A stretch of DNA of 64,000 bases. Source: Eledone cirrhosa. Taxonomy: Eukaryota. Each line of letters opens with the position of its first letter. Within the stretch, counting starts at the first letter, position 1. The translations under genes and the position numbers were made by a program. The stretch lies in the NCBI GenBank assembly GCA_964016885.1, contig OZ024740.1, positions 35,092,001 through 35,156,000 on the forward strand, written 5' to 3'. Under the pieces are notes generated by a model. It had not been told where the DNA came from. It saw only the letters and a list, made by a program, of their open reading frames with translations, and did not search any database. Below, one piece after another: positions 38,356 to 50,976 of the stretch.

Positions 38356-40830
38356 TTGAACCTAAGCAGATGTGCGAGGCTTTTCAAAAGCACTTTGCCA
38401 GATAGTTCGGAAGGGGCGGGGAACCGGTTGGGGAAGTGGACTTCGGTCCATACCTCGACGGCCTGCCGCGTCTCTCGAACAGGGAGGCGAAGTCCTGCGA
38501 GGAGCCGATTTCAGCCGCTGAGATAGAGGACGTGCTGAGCCAATGCGGCAAACGCAAATCCCCGGGTCTCGATGGTCTTCCATACGAACTATATCTAGCT
38601 ATGCCGGACTTGTTCCCCGATCTCCTCGAGGCAGTCTACTGCAACTGGCAACAGAACGGGAGAATTCCCTGTGCTGTGACCAAGGGAGTAGTCACGCTAG
38701 TGAAGAAGGACGAAAACAAGGGGGACGATATAAATAATTTCAGGCCCATAACTCTTCTAAATACATAGTTACAGATTTTGGCCAAGGTGCTAGCAAAGAG
38801 GTTGGCGCTTGTCGTGGGCAACCTGGTGGGAGATGTGCAGACATGTGCTATCCCATCCAGGTCCATCCACGACAACCTTTACCTCATGCGATACATCATA
38901 GAGAGGGTTGAGAACGAACTCGGCTTTGGTGGGGCCCTGATCAACTTCGATCAATCTAAGGCGTTCGATAGGGTCGACGATGGTTACCTGGATGCGGTGC
39001 TAGCGGCGGCTGGCTTCGGACCCGTTTTCAGGGGTTGGATCAATGCCATGCACAGCGGCCGCGTCTGCTCTAGGGTCAAGGTGAACGGCTACCTCTCGGA
39101 GCCGTTCGAAATCGCGCGGTCCATCCGACAAGGGTGCCCTCTCTCCTCCCTTCTGTATGTAATGACTCTAGAGCCACTGCTGCGGAAGTTGGAGTTGTTG
39201 CAGGGCATCCCGTTGGAACAGTAATGGTGTCGACGGCCTCGGAAATCGGGGCGATCGGCACCTTACTGGAGGAGTACGAAAGGTTTACAGGGGCTAAGCT
39301 GAACCGGGACAAGTCGATCGGTCTGCAACTCGGCATGTGGAGGGGCAGATCGATGCCCTCTGATAGCGTCGTCGGGCGCTGGACGGAGGGCCCGGTGAAG
39401 TTGCTCGGGGTCTGGTTCGGACCAGACCTCCAGGTGGAGAAGAACTGGGGTGAGCTAACGAACAGGGTGTTTGCACTGACCCAGAAGTGGGCCGAGTGCA
39501 AACTGTCCCTGAAAGGTCGGGCAGAGGTGGCGAACACTTATATAGCATCCGTCATCTACTACTGCATGACCGTCGTGCCTTGCCCAAGGGAAACGCTCGC
39601 CAAAATGGAGCGCGCACTCTTCCAATTCCTTTGGAAGAAGCGGGCTCCTATGATGAGGAGATCCATCTGCTGTCAACACCCTTCGAAAGGAGGGCTGGGG
39701 ATTCCGTGGCTAATGATACGTAAACACACATTAGGGCTACGGCACCTCCAGGTATTCCTCACCGGTCAACCGGTGTGGGCCCCGTTTGTGAGGCGAGCCT
39801 TTCCCAGACTCATCTCACTCACCGAGCTGCAATCCTGGGTCAAGCAAAGACCGAGAAAACTGGGCGCCTGGCACACCGAGTGTGCCCAGGCGCTCACGGC
39901 TCTCTGGCAGGCGAACCCGGCTGTCAGTGGAGAATCCACCTCATCATTCTATAGAGGGCTGGTGGTTAGCAGGTGCGACGACGCCCTCGGAGCAGCCCTA
40001 GGCATGGAGGAAGACGAACTGGCCAACCTGTTCGGTAGGATATTCAGCCCGGGACCCATGGATAACTTCCAGAGGTCCCTGGCCTGGCAGTGCTACAGAA
40101 GAGCTCTGCCCGTTCGAGAAAGGCTCTACAGACACGGGGGCCCGGGTAGGGACCCCTTGAAAAAGATCTGTCCCAGATGCGTGTGCGACGAGGAAACCGT
40201 TGCACACTCATTGGTACACTGCTCGGGCATTGCCGATCTGTGGGGCTATGTCGAACAACTGCTGTCAAGTGTGGGACCGATCCGGTTCACCACCAAGTCT
40301 ATTGTAACGATCAAGCCGCCTCCCCTCTTCAAACACGAAGGAGAGGCGGTGTTTCTCTGCGTAATAGCCATGGCGAAAGAGGTTGTATGGTGGACGCGTC
40401 TGAAAGGACTGAGGTTAGACACCTTTCTCTCTGGCCATCAGACTATAGGTGAGGAAGAAGGATCAGGATGGAGAGAGAGGTGCTGCACCCCAGCCGTTTT
40501 TATGAAAGATAGGTGAAAGTGGCGAGAATGGCCCGTGTGAATGGGCCTTCACTCTACACCAGACTATAGGTGTGGAAGATGAAAGATCAAGGGAGCACCC
40601 CCTCTCTGTGCTCCTGAAGAGAAGGGTTGCACACTTTTTTCGGGGGTGTATGCGACCCCCAAGGCGCCTCTTCCCTATTGAGGACTTTGTTATAAAATTT
40701 ATTTTGTTATATTTTATTTTATTTTTATACTTTGTTATTGCCTCCTCCTTATTGAGGACGCCTTTTCATGTAAACTCCCCCATTGTACTTGTCCCACTTT
40801 TTGATGCCCTGGTGGCAAATAAAAAGAAAA
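38356..40830 (+). mobile_element. 5'-truncated Tx1/L1-clade LINE with 10-bp TSD
   Basis: TSD TTATCTATCC at 38346-38355 and 40831-40840; KSPGLDG, RQGCPLS, CPRC..HSLVHC. Confidence 0.94.
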
Positions 40831-40942
40831 TTATCTATCCATTACTGAATAAAAATATAAGTAAGCTATAGAAAAAAATGCACAGTTGTTTACAGGTCCA
40901 ATTAGTTAAATCTCTTCTGTTATTAATATACATTATATTATG

Positions 40943-41104
40943 AGGGTCGGACGCCATGCTTTGACGCATAGAGTTACGGCCCTTGCCATTCTGAGTTCAA
41001 ATCCCGCCGAGGTTAACTTTGCCTTTCATCCTTATGGGGTCGATAAAATAAAGTACCAGTAATGCACTGGGTAATTGCTGGCCTTGTGCCAAAAAGTAGA
41101 AACA
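40943..41104 (+). mobile_element. 5'-truncated main SINE with 11-bp TSD
   Basis: TSD ATTATATTATG at 40932-40942 and 41105-41115. Confidence 0.9.
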
Positions 41105-43251
41105 ATTATATTATGTTATAAGTGAATCCCTTATATATAATGCTATTAATTTATATATTTAATTATAAATATCATTTATTTTCCTATAATACATTAAATG
41201 TCCTATTATATTATTATCTATCCATTACTGAATATAATATAAGTAAGCTATAGTAGTTATATTAAATGGTGGTAACTTTATGTTTATTCCTAATAGTTAT
41301 TGTAGAGTATAAGGTTTGAGATAAATAGGAGTTAAGTAGAAGAATGAGCTGATCATAGAGTGTGATACTGTGGGGGTAATTATATGCTGATAAGACCTAG
41401 AGGTGAAGTGTTAATGGTGGTGAGAAATTCAGATCTGACATTGTTATATACTAGCAGCTAGGTTTAAAGTTATGGAAAGAGTGTCGGTGGTAGTGTTGGC
41501 ACATGGAAAAAAATCTCTGATTTTCTATTTAGGAGTTCTAGTTTCGAATAGATTATAGTGCGGGTCTCTAGAAGACAGAGGTTACATAATTTATTTGGTG
41601 GTTTATTCGATGCGGCCCTATCTATTACTTCCCATTGAAGTGTATATGGTCTATTCTTTGTTTTCAGAGAGTGTATGTAGTTAGATAAAGAAGTGGAGTT
41701 GGCTAGATTGCGAGTTTTGAAAGTGTGGAGATGCGAGTTATATCTCGTCTTGAAGTAGTTCGAAGTTGAACCGATATATGTTTTTGAAGAGTTGTTTGTG
41801 TTGACTGTGCATGAGTAAATGATGTCTTTGATTAAGCAATTTTTACCTAAGGGGCAAGTTCTATTTGTTCTACAGTTACAGTTATTCTGGTTGTTTGCTT
41901 GCCGGTTACTATGTTGTGTAGATGCCTGGTTGTTAGGGATAGCATTAGAGTAATGATGGTTGTCGTTCTCATTGTTATTAATTTCATTAGTGCTATTATC
42001 ATTATTATTATTGCTACCAGAAATCTCTGGTACTATGTTGTTATGTAAGTTTACCCTCTGTTGTGATTTAATTAGTTGGAAATAATTATTAATCTTCCTT
42101 TTATTACTACTAGCTATATGGTATGCGATGTTAGGTGTGGTAGAGTAAGAGATTTTAATGGTATTTTTATTGGTAAGATTATGGTATTTGTGGCCGACTG
42201 GGAAGTTTTTTTCCAGGATTGAGAAGAAAGCCTTATGCAAGTTGGTAGAGACGTTTAGATTGAAAGAGGGATTGAAAAATGTATTAGTTCTATTTTTTTT
42301 TTGTAATGTTATTTGAGGTATTGTTTATATTTCTGTTTATATTATTATTGTGCTGTTTATTCTGGTGCGAGTTAAGTTTGATATTACCCTTCGTATTAGA
42401 GTTAGAGCGGCTAGTACTATTAATATTTTTCCTCATGGCCATATTGTGAGAAATAATGTTGTAACTAGGTGATTTTATAGGTAGAAATTTAATCTCATTT
42501 TTATGGCCTGATTTAGCTAAGGCCTCATTATAGTATTGGGAATTATTGTTAAATATTGTTTCGTTATATGATAGATTAGAGATTCTATTTGATATTCCTT
42601 TAGTATTTGAGTTTAATATGGATTTAGGGTGGTTAGAGCTGATATCTACATAAAGTAGTTTTTCGTTTGGTTTATGAGAGGGTGTATATATTTTAGAGTC
42701 CAGGCAAAGGGTAGCATCAAGGAAGTTAACGTTTTTAGTGTGTTTATCTAAGGTAATACCTAAGTTGAAGTTTTTGAAAATTTTATGTAATTGTTTCCTA
42801 GTTCTTTCTATATTAAATTTTTTATAGTCAATAAGAAGTAGTGCTTCATCGCGGTATAAACCACCATTGAGGTAGGGTAGGTTCTTATGAATTTTATTTA
42901 AGAGATATAGGCCCACCAAATCAGTGACCTGCGCCGAGTCACTAGATTCCTTAGTTATGTCAAAGTTGTTATGTGTATCCTTGTGGGTCCATAATTGATC
43001 TTCAAATGTAATTATGGTTTTTCGGGCTGCAAGGATGACATCAATTTGGGATCTAGTAAGGTCATTATTGTTCATAGCCATAATTATTGCCTTATTTAAT
43101 AGGATAGGGGAAATAGAGGTGTAGTATGAGTTAATATCAAATTGTATAATTTTTTAATTTTTTATTCTCTTTAATATCATTGAACCATTCAATAACTTCA
43201 CCAGTATTTCCCCACTGGTTAAGATACATTTTATGCTTAAATTGGAGGATG

Positions 43252-43308
<57 letters not shown>

Positions 43309-43489
43309 GGAGAGAGAGAGAGAGAGAGAATCATCCCCCAATTTAAGCATAAAATTTATCTTAACCAGTGGGGAAATACTGGTGAAGTTATTGAATTAAT
43401 TATGGCTATGAACAATAGTGACCTTACTAGATCCCAAATTGATGTCATCCTTGCAGCCCGAAAAACCATAATTACACATATATATATGT

Positions 43490-44130
43490 ATATATATAAA
43501 GAAAAAGAGATGAAATCGAAAATGCAACTGGAGTCTTGTTTTTTTTTAAAATATATATATTTATTTGGTTCCTTTACCGGTTTCGCAGTTGTTCTGCTTT
43601 TCAAAAGGTGAGTTGAGATGGAGGGTCTGTGGCTTTTCTCACATCTGGTTGGTCTCTGAATGTTACTTGTTTTATATGGAAAAAGTGGCTCGAAATGCCA
43701 GGTTTTTCGAGAAGTAATTTGATTGGTTTGTCAATAATTATAATAAATTTCGCGCCAGTTCGCGTTACAATAGTTCTTCAAATAAGAGAGGGGGGGTTGT
43801 CACAGGTTGTTTTTTCATATATGAGTGTTTGAATTTCTTTTTACTTGAAAAAAGGAGGCTCACGAAGCCTTTTTTTTGGTTGGTTATAAATGAAATTATG
43901 GCTGTCACGTGAACAAATTTTCATTAAATTTTCGTGCCCTTATTTGGAAATCCATTCTGTAGCCTTTTTAGAGAATTTTTTGATAAGTGAAAGATAATGG
44001 TCAAGAGAAAGGGATGGGAGAATTGTTCTGGTTCAGTGAATATGGTTAGTTCGCTGGGGTGTCAGAATTCAGATTTTCTATTGAATAAAGAAAGTAAAGA
44101 TATGTGTGTTTATTTGTGTGCTTGTCTGTG

Positions 44131-44174
<44 letters not shown>

Positions 44175-44918
44175 TGTGTTTGAATTTCTTTACTTTCAAA
44201 AAAGGTGGCTCACAAAGGCTTTTTTTTAATAAACGTGATTTGATTGGTTATAAATGAAATTTGGCTGTCACGTGAACAAGTTTTCATTACATTTTTGCGC
44301 CCTTATTTGGAAAACTATTCTGTAGTCTTTATAGCGAATGTTATGACAATGGAAAGATAGTGGTCAAGAGAAATGGGATTGGGAGAATTGTTCTAGTTCA
44401 GTGAATATGGTTAGTTCGCTGGGGTGTCAGAGTTCAGATTTTCTATTGAAGTGAAGATATGTATGTATATTTGTGTGCTTGTGTGTGTGTATGTGTGTAT
44501 TGGAAGATGATTCTATTAGTAGAAATGGGGGAGGGAGTTGTGTGTGTGTGTATATGGGTGTTATGTGTGTGTGTGCGAGTATGTTAAGATGGAGAGAATA
44601 TATATTTTGTGTGTGTGTATATATATGTGTGTAGGAAAGTGGTTCTATTAGTACTAATAGAACCACTTTCCTACACACATATATATACACACACAAAATA
44701 TATATTCTCTCCATCTTAACTTACTCGCACACACACACATAACACCCATATACACACTAATTTCTACTAATAGAACCACTTTCCTACACACATATATACA
44801 CACACACAAAATATATATTCTCTCCATCTTAACATACTCGCACACACACACATAGCACCCATATACACACACACACAACTCCCTCCCCCATTTCTACTAA
44901 TAGAATCATCTTCCAATA

Positions 44919-44957
<39 letters not shown>

Positions 44958-44990
44958 ACACACAAGCACCTCGGTTATTTTTCATTTTGT
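43490..44990 (-). mobile_element. Non-coding PLE 3' segment with a roughly 350-bp internal duplication and a terminal foldback
   Basis: 43825-44090 is similar to 44178-44450; inverted repeat centred on CTATTAGTACTAATAG near 44652. Confidence 0.65.
43571..43608 (-). ncRNA. Minimal hammerhead ribozyme with compensatory U3-A8 core
   Basis: CCTT-TTGAAAA-GCAG-AACAA-CTGC-GAAA-CCGG-TA-AAGG; helices I and II fully paired, palindromic stem III. Confidence 0.8.
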
Positions 44991-45035
44991 AAAAAAAACC
45001 TCACTTTCTAATATATATATATATATATATATATT

Positions 45036-45220
45036 ATTATTATTAATAGTAATAAATGGAAAATATCACTATAGCATCATAGATATTTTTAATATATTTT
45101 TATTATACGTATTTCAAGGATACCAAATTTGGTATCCTTGAAATACGTATAATAAAAATATAATAAAAATATATATGATGCTATAGTGATATTTTCTATT
45201 TATTACTATTACTATTATTA
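45036..45220. repeat. Foldback palindrome centred on hammerhead stem II
   Basis: TTTTATTATACGTATTTC-AAGGATACC-AAATTT-GGTATCCTT-GAAATACGTATAATAAAA. Confidence 0.85.
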
Positions 45221-45329
45221 TAATACTCCAGATAAAATTTCCTCTGTAGAGTGCTACATATCTGTTATGAACATAACTCTGTTGAATAATCATCAACAAA
45301 GCATATAACTCATTGTTTATATATATATA

Positions 45330-47510
45330 TATATAAATAAATAAAAAAGTATAAAATTATAAAATAGGATAATAAAAATCTTTAGAGTCTAAATCAGCTG
45401 CTATATTTAGTTGTTATTGCGTTTTCGGCCAATGCTATAGAACAGGTATATAAATTGAGATTAGAAGATACTAAATATATAAAAAAATTATGAAATTGGA
45501 TAGTAAAAATTAATAAAAAAAAACTCTAGAGTCTAAAACAACTGTTATATTTAGTTGGTATTGAGTTTTCAGCCAATGCTATATATAATTTACTGGGGTG
45601 GGGGTACTGAGTCTACAAAAGCCCGATGGGCTGCCTCGGGTTAGGCGAAAGGGGAAAAAGGAAAAGGAAGAGGATAGGGAGTGGAAGGAAGTGATAGGAA
45701 GAGATAAAGGTAAGAAGAAAATGTTATACTTTTTTCTTTATTTATTATCTTCTCTTCTAATCTCATTTTATTTACCTGTTCTATAACGTCCCCTCTCTAT
45801 TTTCTCCAGAATCTTTTTTTCGCCTGCGTCCTATCTAGCCTATTGTCATCCACACTCCTTAGAATTTGCTGTATAGAATTCAATTTCTACGCTTGACCGG
45901 CTCCACCCACTCCCTCATTGTTCTACGGCAAGTTCAGCCACCCCACCTCCTACCCATTGCCATGAAAGATTTAATGGTGGTTACAAGAAATGTTGACCAA
46001 TCCTTTTGACAACTACAATCTTCCCATATAAAGAATTACCCCTTGAAAAGTTCGGCTTTTTATTTACCACACTAAAAATTCTCATCTAGTCCAGAAATAG
46101 TCGTCGAAACGGCTTGAGCTCTGCCGTCGAGGTTAAACTTTTTCCTATTACCCACTCTACTACCCTAAGTATTGAGTACTCTGGTGCGTTATGCTCTCTC
46201 TGGTTCCTTACCACAATTCCTTCGTTATATATTTATATATATATATATATTCTAAGGAGTGTGTATGACAATAGGCTAGATAGAACGCAGGCGAAAAAAG
46301 ATTCTGGAGAAAATAGAGAGGGGACGTTATAGAACAGGTAAATAAAATGAGATGAGAAGAGAAGATAATAAATAAAGAAAAAAGTATAACATTTTCTTCT
46401 TACCTTTATCTCTTCCTATCACTTCCTTCCACTCCCTATCCTCTTCCTTTTCCTTTTTCCCCTTTCCCCTTTCGCCTACCCCGAGGCAGCCCGATGGGCT
46501 GCCTCGGGGTAGGCGAAAGGGGAAAAAGGAAAAGGAAGAGGATAGCCTCAGTACCCCACCCCAGTAAATTATATATAGCATTGGCCGAAAACGCAATACC
46601 AACTAAATATAACAGTTGTTTTAGACTCTACAGATTTTTTAAATTAATTTTTACTATCCAATTTCATAATTTTTTTATATATTTAGTATCTTCTAATCTC
46701 AATTTATTAACCTGTTCTATAGCATTGGCCGAAAACGCAATAACAACTAAATATATATTTCTATTTATTGCCACGAGGGCGCAAAAGAAGAGGACAAATA
46801 CAAGGAGGGAGTTTACACAAAAAAGGCGAGTAAAGAAAACAAATAAATATAAAATTAACAATAAAGTCCTCAATAGGGAGGAGGCGTTTTGGGGGGTCGC
46901 CCCCCCCCCGAATAAAGTGTGCAACCCTTCTCCTCAGGAGCACAGAGAGAGGGTGCTCCCTCGTTCCTTCATCTTTTCCATCTACAGGCTGATGTAGAGA
47001 GAAGGCCCATTCACACGGGCCATTCTCGCCACTTTCACCCACCTTTCATAAAAACGACTGGGGTGGAGCACCTCTCTCTCCACCTTGATCCTTCTTCCGA
47101 AATGATATCGGAAGAAACGGATCAGTTGTTGGCCAGAGAGAAAGGTGCCTGACCTCAGTCCTTTCAGACGCGTCCACCATATAACCTCTTTCACCATGGC
47201 TATTACGCATAGAAACACCGCCTCTCCTTCATTTTTGAAGGGGGGAGGGGGCTTAATCATTACAATGGCTTCGGTGGTCAACCGGATCGGTCCCACCCGT
47301 GACAGTAGTCGTTAGTCATAGCCCCACAGATCGGCTACGCCCGAGCAGTGTACCAATGCGTGTGCAACGGTTTCCTCGTCGCACACGCATCTGGGACAGA
47401 TCTTTTTGGCGGGGTCCCTACCCGGGCGCCCTAAATATAGCAGCTGTTTTAAACTCTAGAGATTTTTATTATCCTATTTTATAATTTTATACTTTTTTAT
47501 TTATTTATTA
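45330..47510. repeat. Inverted repeat, probably PLE-derived: 45330-45863 vs 46250-47510, right arm interrupted by a Tx1
   Basis: ORFs 45598..45786(+) and 46327..46602(-) share an identical C-terminus. Confidence 0.85.
46756..47430 (-). mobile_element. Tx1/L1-clade 3' fragment with 9-bp TSD
   Basis: TSD CTAAATATA at 46747-46755 and 47431-47439; close to 40140-40830; the empty site is preserved in the opposite arm near 45400. Confidence 0.92.
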
Positions 47511-47514
47511 TCTC

Positions 47515-48037
47515 CTCTTCTAATCTGGAGCTTTGTAATTATGCAAGAGGTGTTTCCAGACGTGTGGACAAAGTGAAAAAAGCTGATACCTTGAATTTAG
47601 GCAATCGTTATTGCGTAACTTTTCACGATATTGATTCTTTTTTCAATGCACCGTCCACAAGACGGATTACCCCTTGCGTATGGCTTGGATTTAGTGATAG
47701 CTTTCCACTTGATGGAGTAGTCTACACCTGAGTCTTTGAGGCACCATATGTGGCTCGCGAGTTTCGTGGCTGATCGTTTGTCCGGGTATCTAAAGGTCGA
47801 CTGATGGTTCAGGAAGCGTTCCTTAAATGGGCCCTCCGCCATTATCTCCCTCCGCAGTTATCTCTCTTACACCTTTCGACGGTGAGTTTATATCGCCTAG
47901 GAGAAGTGACCGTTTTTGCGCATGCGTATTCATACGGTTGTTTTTAATTTTCCGTACAACTTCAGTCAGACCGACTGATGATCCGCATAAGGTGAAACAT
48001 TTGTTCTCGTTATGGTGAATTAACTGTTGTGGAACTA

Positions 48038-48040
<3 letters not shown>
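47515..48040 (-). mobile_element. PLE GIY-YIG fragment, plus a degenerate + strand hammerhead-like motif at about 47972-48010
   Basis: AEGPFKERFLNHQSTFRY..TKLASHIWCLK..IKW..CGRCIEK; CTGATGA-TCC..GGT-GAAA-CATTTG. Confidence 0.75.
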
Positions 48041-48067
<27 letters not shown>

Positions 48068-48074
<7 letters not shown>

Positions 48075-48769
48075 TAAAAGGAAAAGAAAATGCTGACAAT
48101 TTTTTCCCAGTGAAAAATAGTTTAATTAGGAATAAGTATAAATTAGTAATAAGTATTGGTTAGTATTCAGTTTTAGTTTTAAGTTTTTACCGGTTGCGCA
48201 TTTCTAATGCTTTTCAAAAATAATTTTGAGATAGAGCGCTCGTGATGGCTCTAATCTGATCAGTTTTGGAAATTCTTCCTGTTTTATGTGAAAAAAGTGG
48301 CTCCAGAGGTATTAAGATTTGGTTGGTTGTTGAATGTCACGTGAATGAGTACTATAAATTTCGCGCCAATTCGTGTTGCAAAAATTCTTGTAGTCAAAAC
48401 AATTTTGATTGGTCGGTAGAGGTCACGTGAATGTTAAAGATTGATTTTGCGCCAAATGTAGGTTTGTCGAAGAGTGTCCTTTTTCGCCTGATTGAGAAGT
48501 CACTGAAAAATAAGTTTATTAAGACAAATATGTGTGTGTGTGTAGTAAAGAGTTTCATTGTTGTGATAATGGTCAGTAGGGATGTGTGTGTGAATTGCAG
48601 TCATGTTGAAAGGTTAACAGTTCAGGTGTCTATTAAGACAAATATGTGTGTGTGTAGCAGTGTGGTTCGTGGTAGAGGAAATAAATTTGGTCAGTAGGAA
48701 TGTGTGTACGTGTGTGGGGGATATTTTAACATGTTGAAAGATATTTTTCAGCTCTTGTCTTATACGGAG

Positions 48770-48862
<93 letters not shown>

Positions 48863-48867
48863 TGTGT

Positions 48868-48920
<53 letters not shown>

Positions 48921-49120
48921 TATATTAGTGTACGCGTGTGTATCACGAGCGCTCTATCTCAAAATTATTTTTGAAAAGCATTAGAAATGCGCAACCGGTA
49001 AAAACTTAAAACTAAAACTGAATACTAACCAATACTTATTACTAATTTATACTTATTCCTAATTAAACTATTTTTCACTGGGAAAAATTTGTCAGCATTT
49101 TCTTTTCCTTTTACTAATAT
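48068..49120. mobile_element. PLE-derived element with inverted terminal arms of about 180 bp
   Basis: 48068-48246 is the reverse complement of 48942-49120; the arms carry TTGAAAA-GCATT-AGA-AATGC-GCAA-CCGG-TA. Confidence 0.85.
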
Positions 49121-49169
49121 ATCACAACTCGTGTGTTACACCTCTATTTTTTAATATATATATATATGT

Positions 49170-50600
49170 ACGTGTGTATAATGGTAGCTATGGTGCTTCC
49201 ATAGGCGGTATGCCAAAATTAGCACTCAATATTCATACAGAGCAGAGTGTGAATAGTATAAAAAAACGAAAAATCAGTGATGTATCCAGACTCAGTTTAT
49301 TGCGTGTTACAATTGTTTAGCCGGCATGTAGCTCGGGACATGATCACTGTATGGATCTGGCTGATTCTACGGCTGCAGGTTATTTCGGACACATGCAATT
49401 CGTTCGGAGAAAATGTTCTCACTATATGTATATATACTGTTTGGTTTGGATTGGTTTTCGCTTCTGTATTTTTTATATCTCCATAGTTAATTTATCTGGC
49501 AGTCAATGTTTATCATTGATTGACCAACGTTTAAAAATACAGATATAAGTATAGTCTATCAAAGTTCTTTCGTCACACATCTGTGACATCATCAGTGGTA
49601 CTTTAATGTTTCCTCCCGTTGTGTTGTAATGCCTACGCCATTTTTATTCAATTTATTTATTCTTGTCTCTGTCTCTGTTTGCGCATGCGTTTTCGTGTGT
49701 GTTTCCTGTTCGGTGTGTGTGTTCGTGTTTGAGTATATGTATTTTTGTATTCTATCGTTTTCACTAGTGTGTGTTTATGTGTGTTTGTTGTTATTGTACT
49801 TGTGTATATATTTATTTATATTTCCGTTAGGTCAGTATCGTGTGTTTGGGTATGGTTGTTGTTGTTATTCCATTCATTTTTTCTGTTCAACTTTGCTTTT
49901 CTTAGTTCTATCTCAGTTGCTTCTCTGATATAAATTAAGCTGGATTCAATTTGAAACTGGTTAGACCATTACTCAACTTGGGGTAATAGAGTATGGTGAT
50001 CCGACGGCTGAGCTCTTGCCGTTTAAACAGCTAGTTCCAGACTCATATATATGAAGAAATTACATGCTAATGGTAATGTGTATGGGATATGTTGTAGAGT
50101 TATTGGGGAGAATGTCTTATTCGTTTATGGAATATTATAAATCTAAAGTATTTCTATTTCGGGAAGGTTATCTACATTTTAGTTTGAAGAAAGGGATCTC
50201 ATAAAATTCAGAAGTGTAAAGTTGGTATCCCTTATTGTGAGTATATGACCTGGCAGATAATAGATTTGTTCATGCAATACTTGAATGTGTGTTGGACATT
50301 TTAACGACCAGATATCCAATGAGAGCAATGTTGCTGTTTTCCTATCCGGAATATATTCTTTTAAAGGAACTAACTCTTAATCGTATCCAAAAGTGGGAGG
50401 AAAAGTTCGTGTTAACTGTGGCACAATATATTTTTCTACTTGACAGTCACTTTGAAGTAGGTATAATAGGTGTTTGTAGAGTTAAAGTTAGGTGATTGTA
50501 GTTGGGTCTGTTCAGTTTTTTTATTTTCTTTTGAGAGGTTAGAAGTATCAGTTCTTTGCTCAAAGTTGTGAGTTGTGGAGTATTATATTTTTGTTCTGCA
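49170..50600 (-). mobile_element. Cluster of decayed PLE remnants with hammerhead-like relics
   Basis: CTGATGA-T-GTCACA-GATG-TGTGAC-GAAA at about 49568-49596(-); AAA-CGGC..GCCG-TC at about 50000-50030(-); residual GIY-YIG-like codons. Confidence 0.5.
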
Positions 50601-50621
50601 ATTAATGGTATTTCTACGTTG

Positions 50622-50820
50622 TATTGGATTAGCAGAGTTGGAGTGCGTCGGACAAATGCTTAGCAATATTAGTTCCAACTCTTTACGTTTTGAGTTGAAA
50701 TCCAGCCGAGGTAAACTTTGCATTTCATTCTTCCGAGGTGGATAAAATAAAGTACTAGTCAAATACTGGAGTCTATCTAATCGACTTTCCCTTACCCCAA
50801 ACTGCTGGCCTTGTGCCTAA
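50622..50820 (+). mobile_element. Older main SINE followed by (TG)n
   Basis: GAGTTGAAATCCAGCCGAGGT..GCTGGCCTTGTGCCTAA. Confidence 0.75.
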
Positions 50821-50821
50821 G

Positions 50822-50854
<33 letters not shown>

Positions 50855-50864
50855 GTGTGTGTGT

Positions 50865-50976
<112 letters not shown>

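Larger units (their letters stand above)
37370..43475 (-). mobile_element. Neptune-type Penelope-like element interrupted by a Tx1 and a SINE, with an inverted 5' fragment
   Basis: GLYRDE, VNFLDATL, SSNHPK (42290..43081); CNCR..CPL..CL..IIY..YIGST..RYNSH..CNLCLLE (41470..42240); 43328-43475 is an inverted copy of 43008-43255 pieces. Confidence 0.88.
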
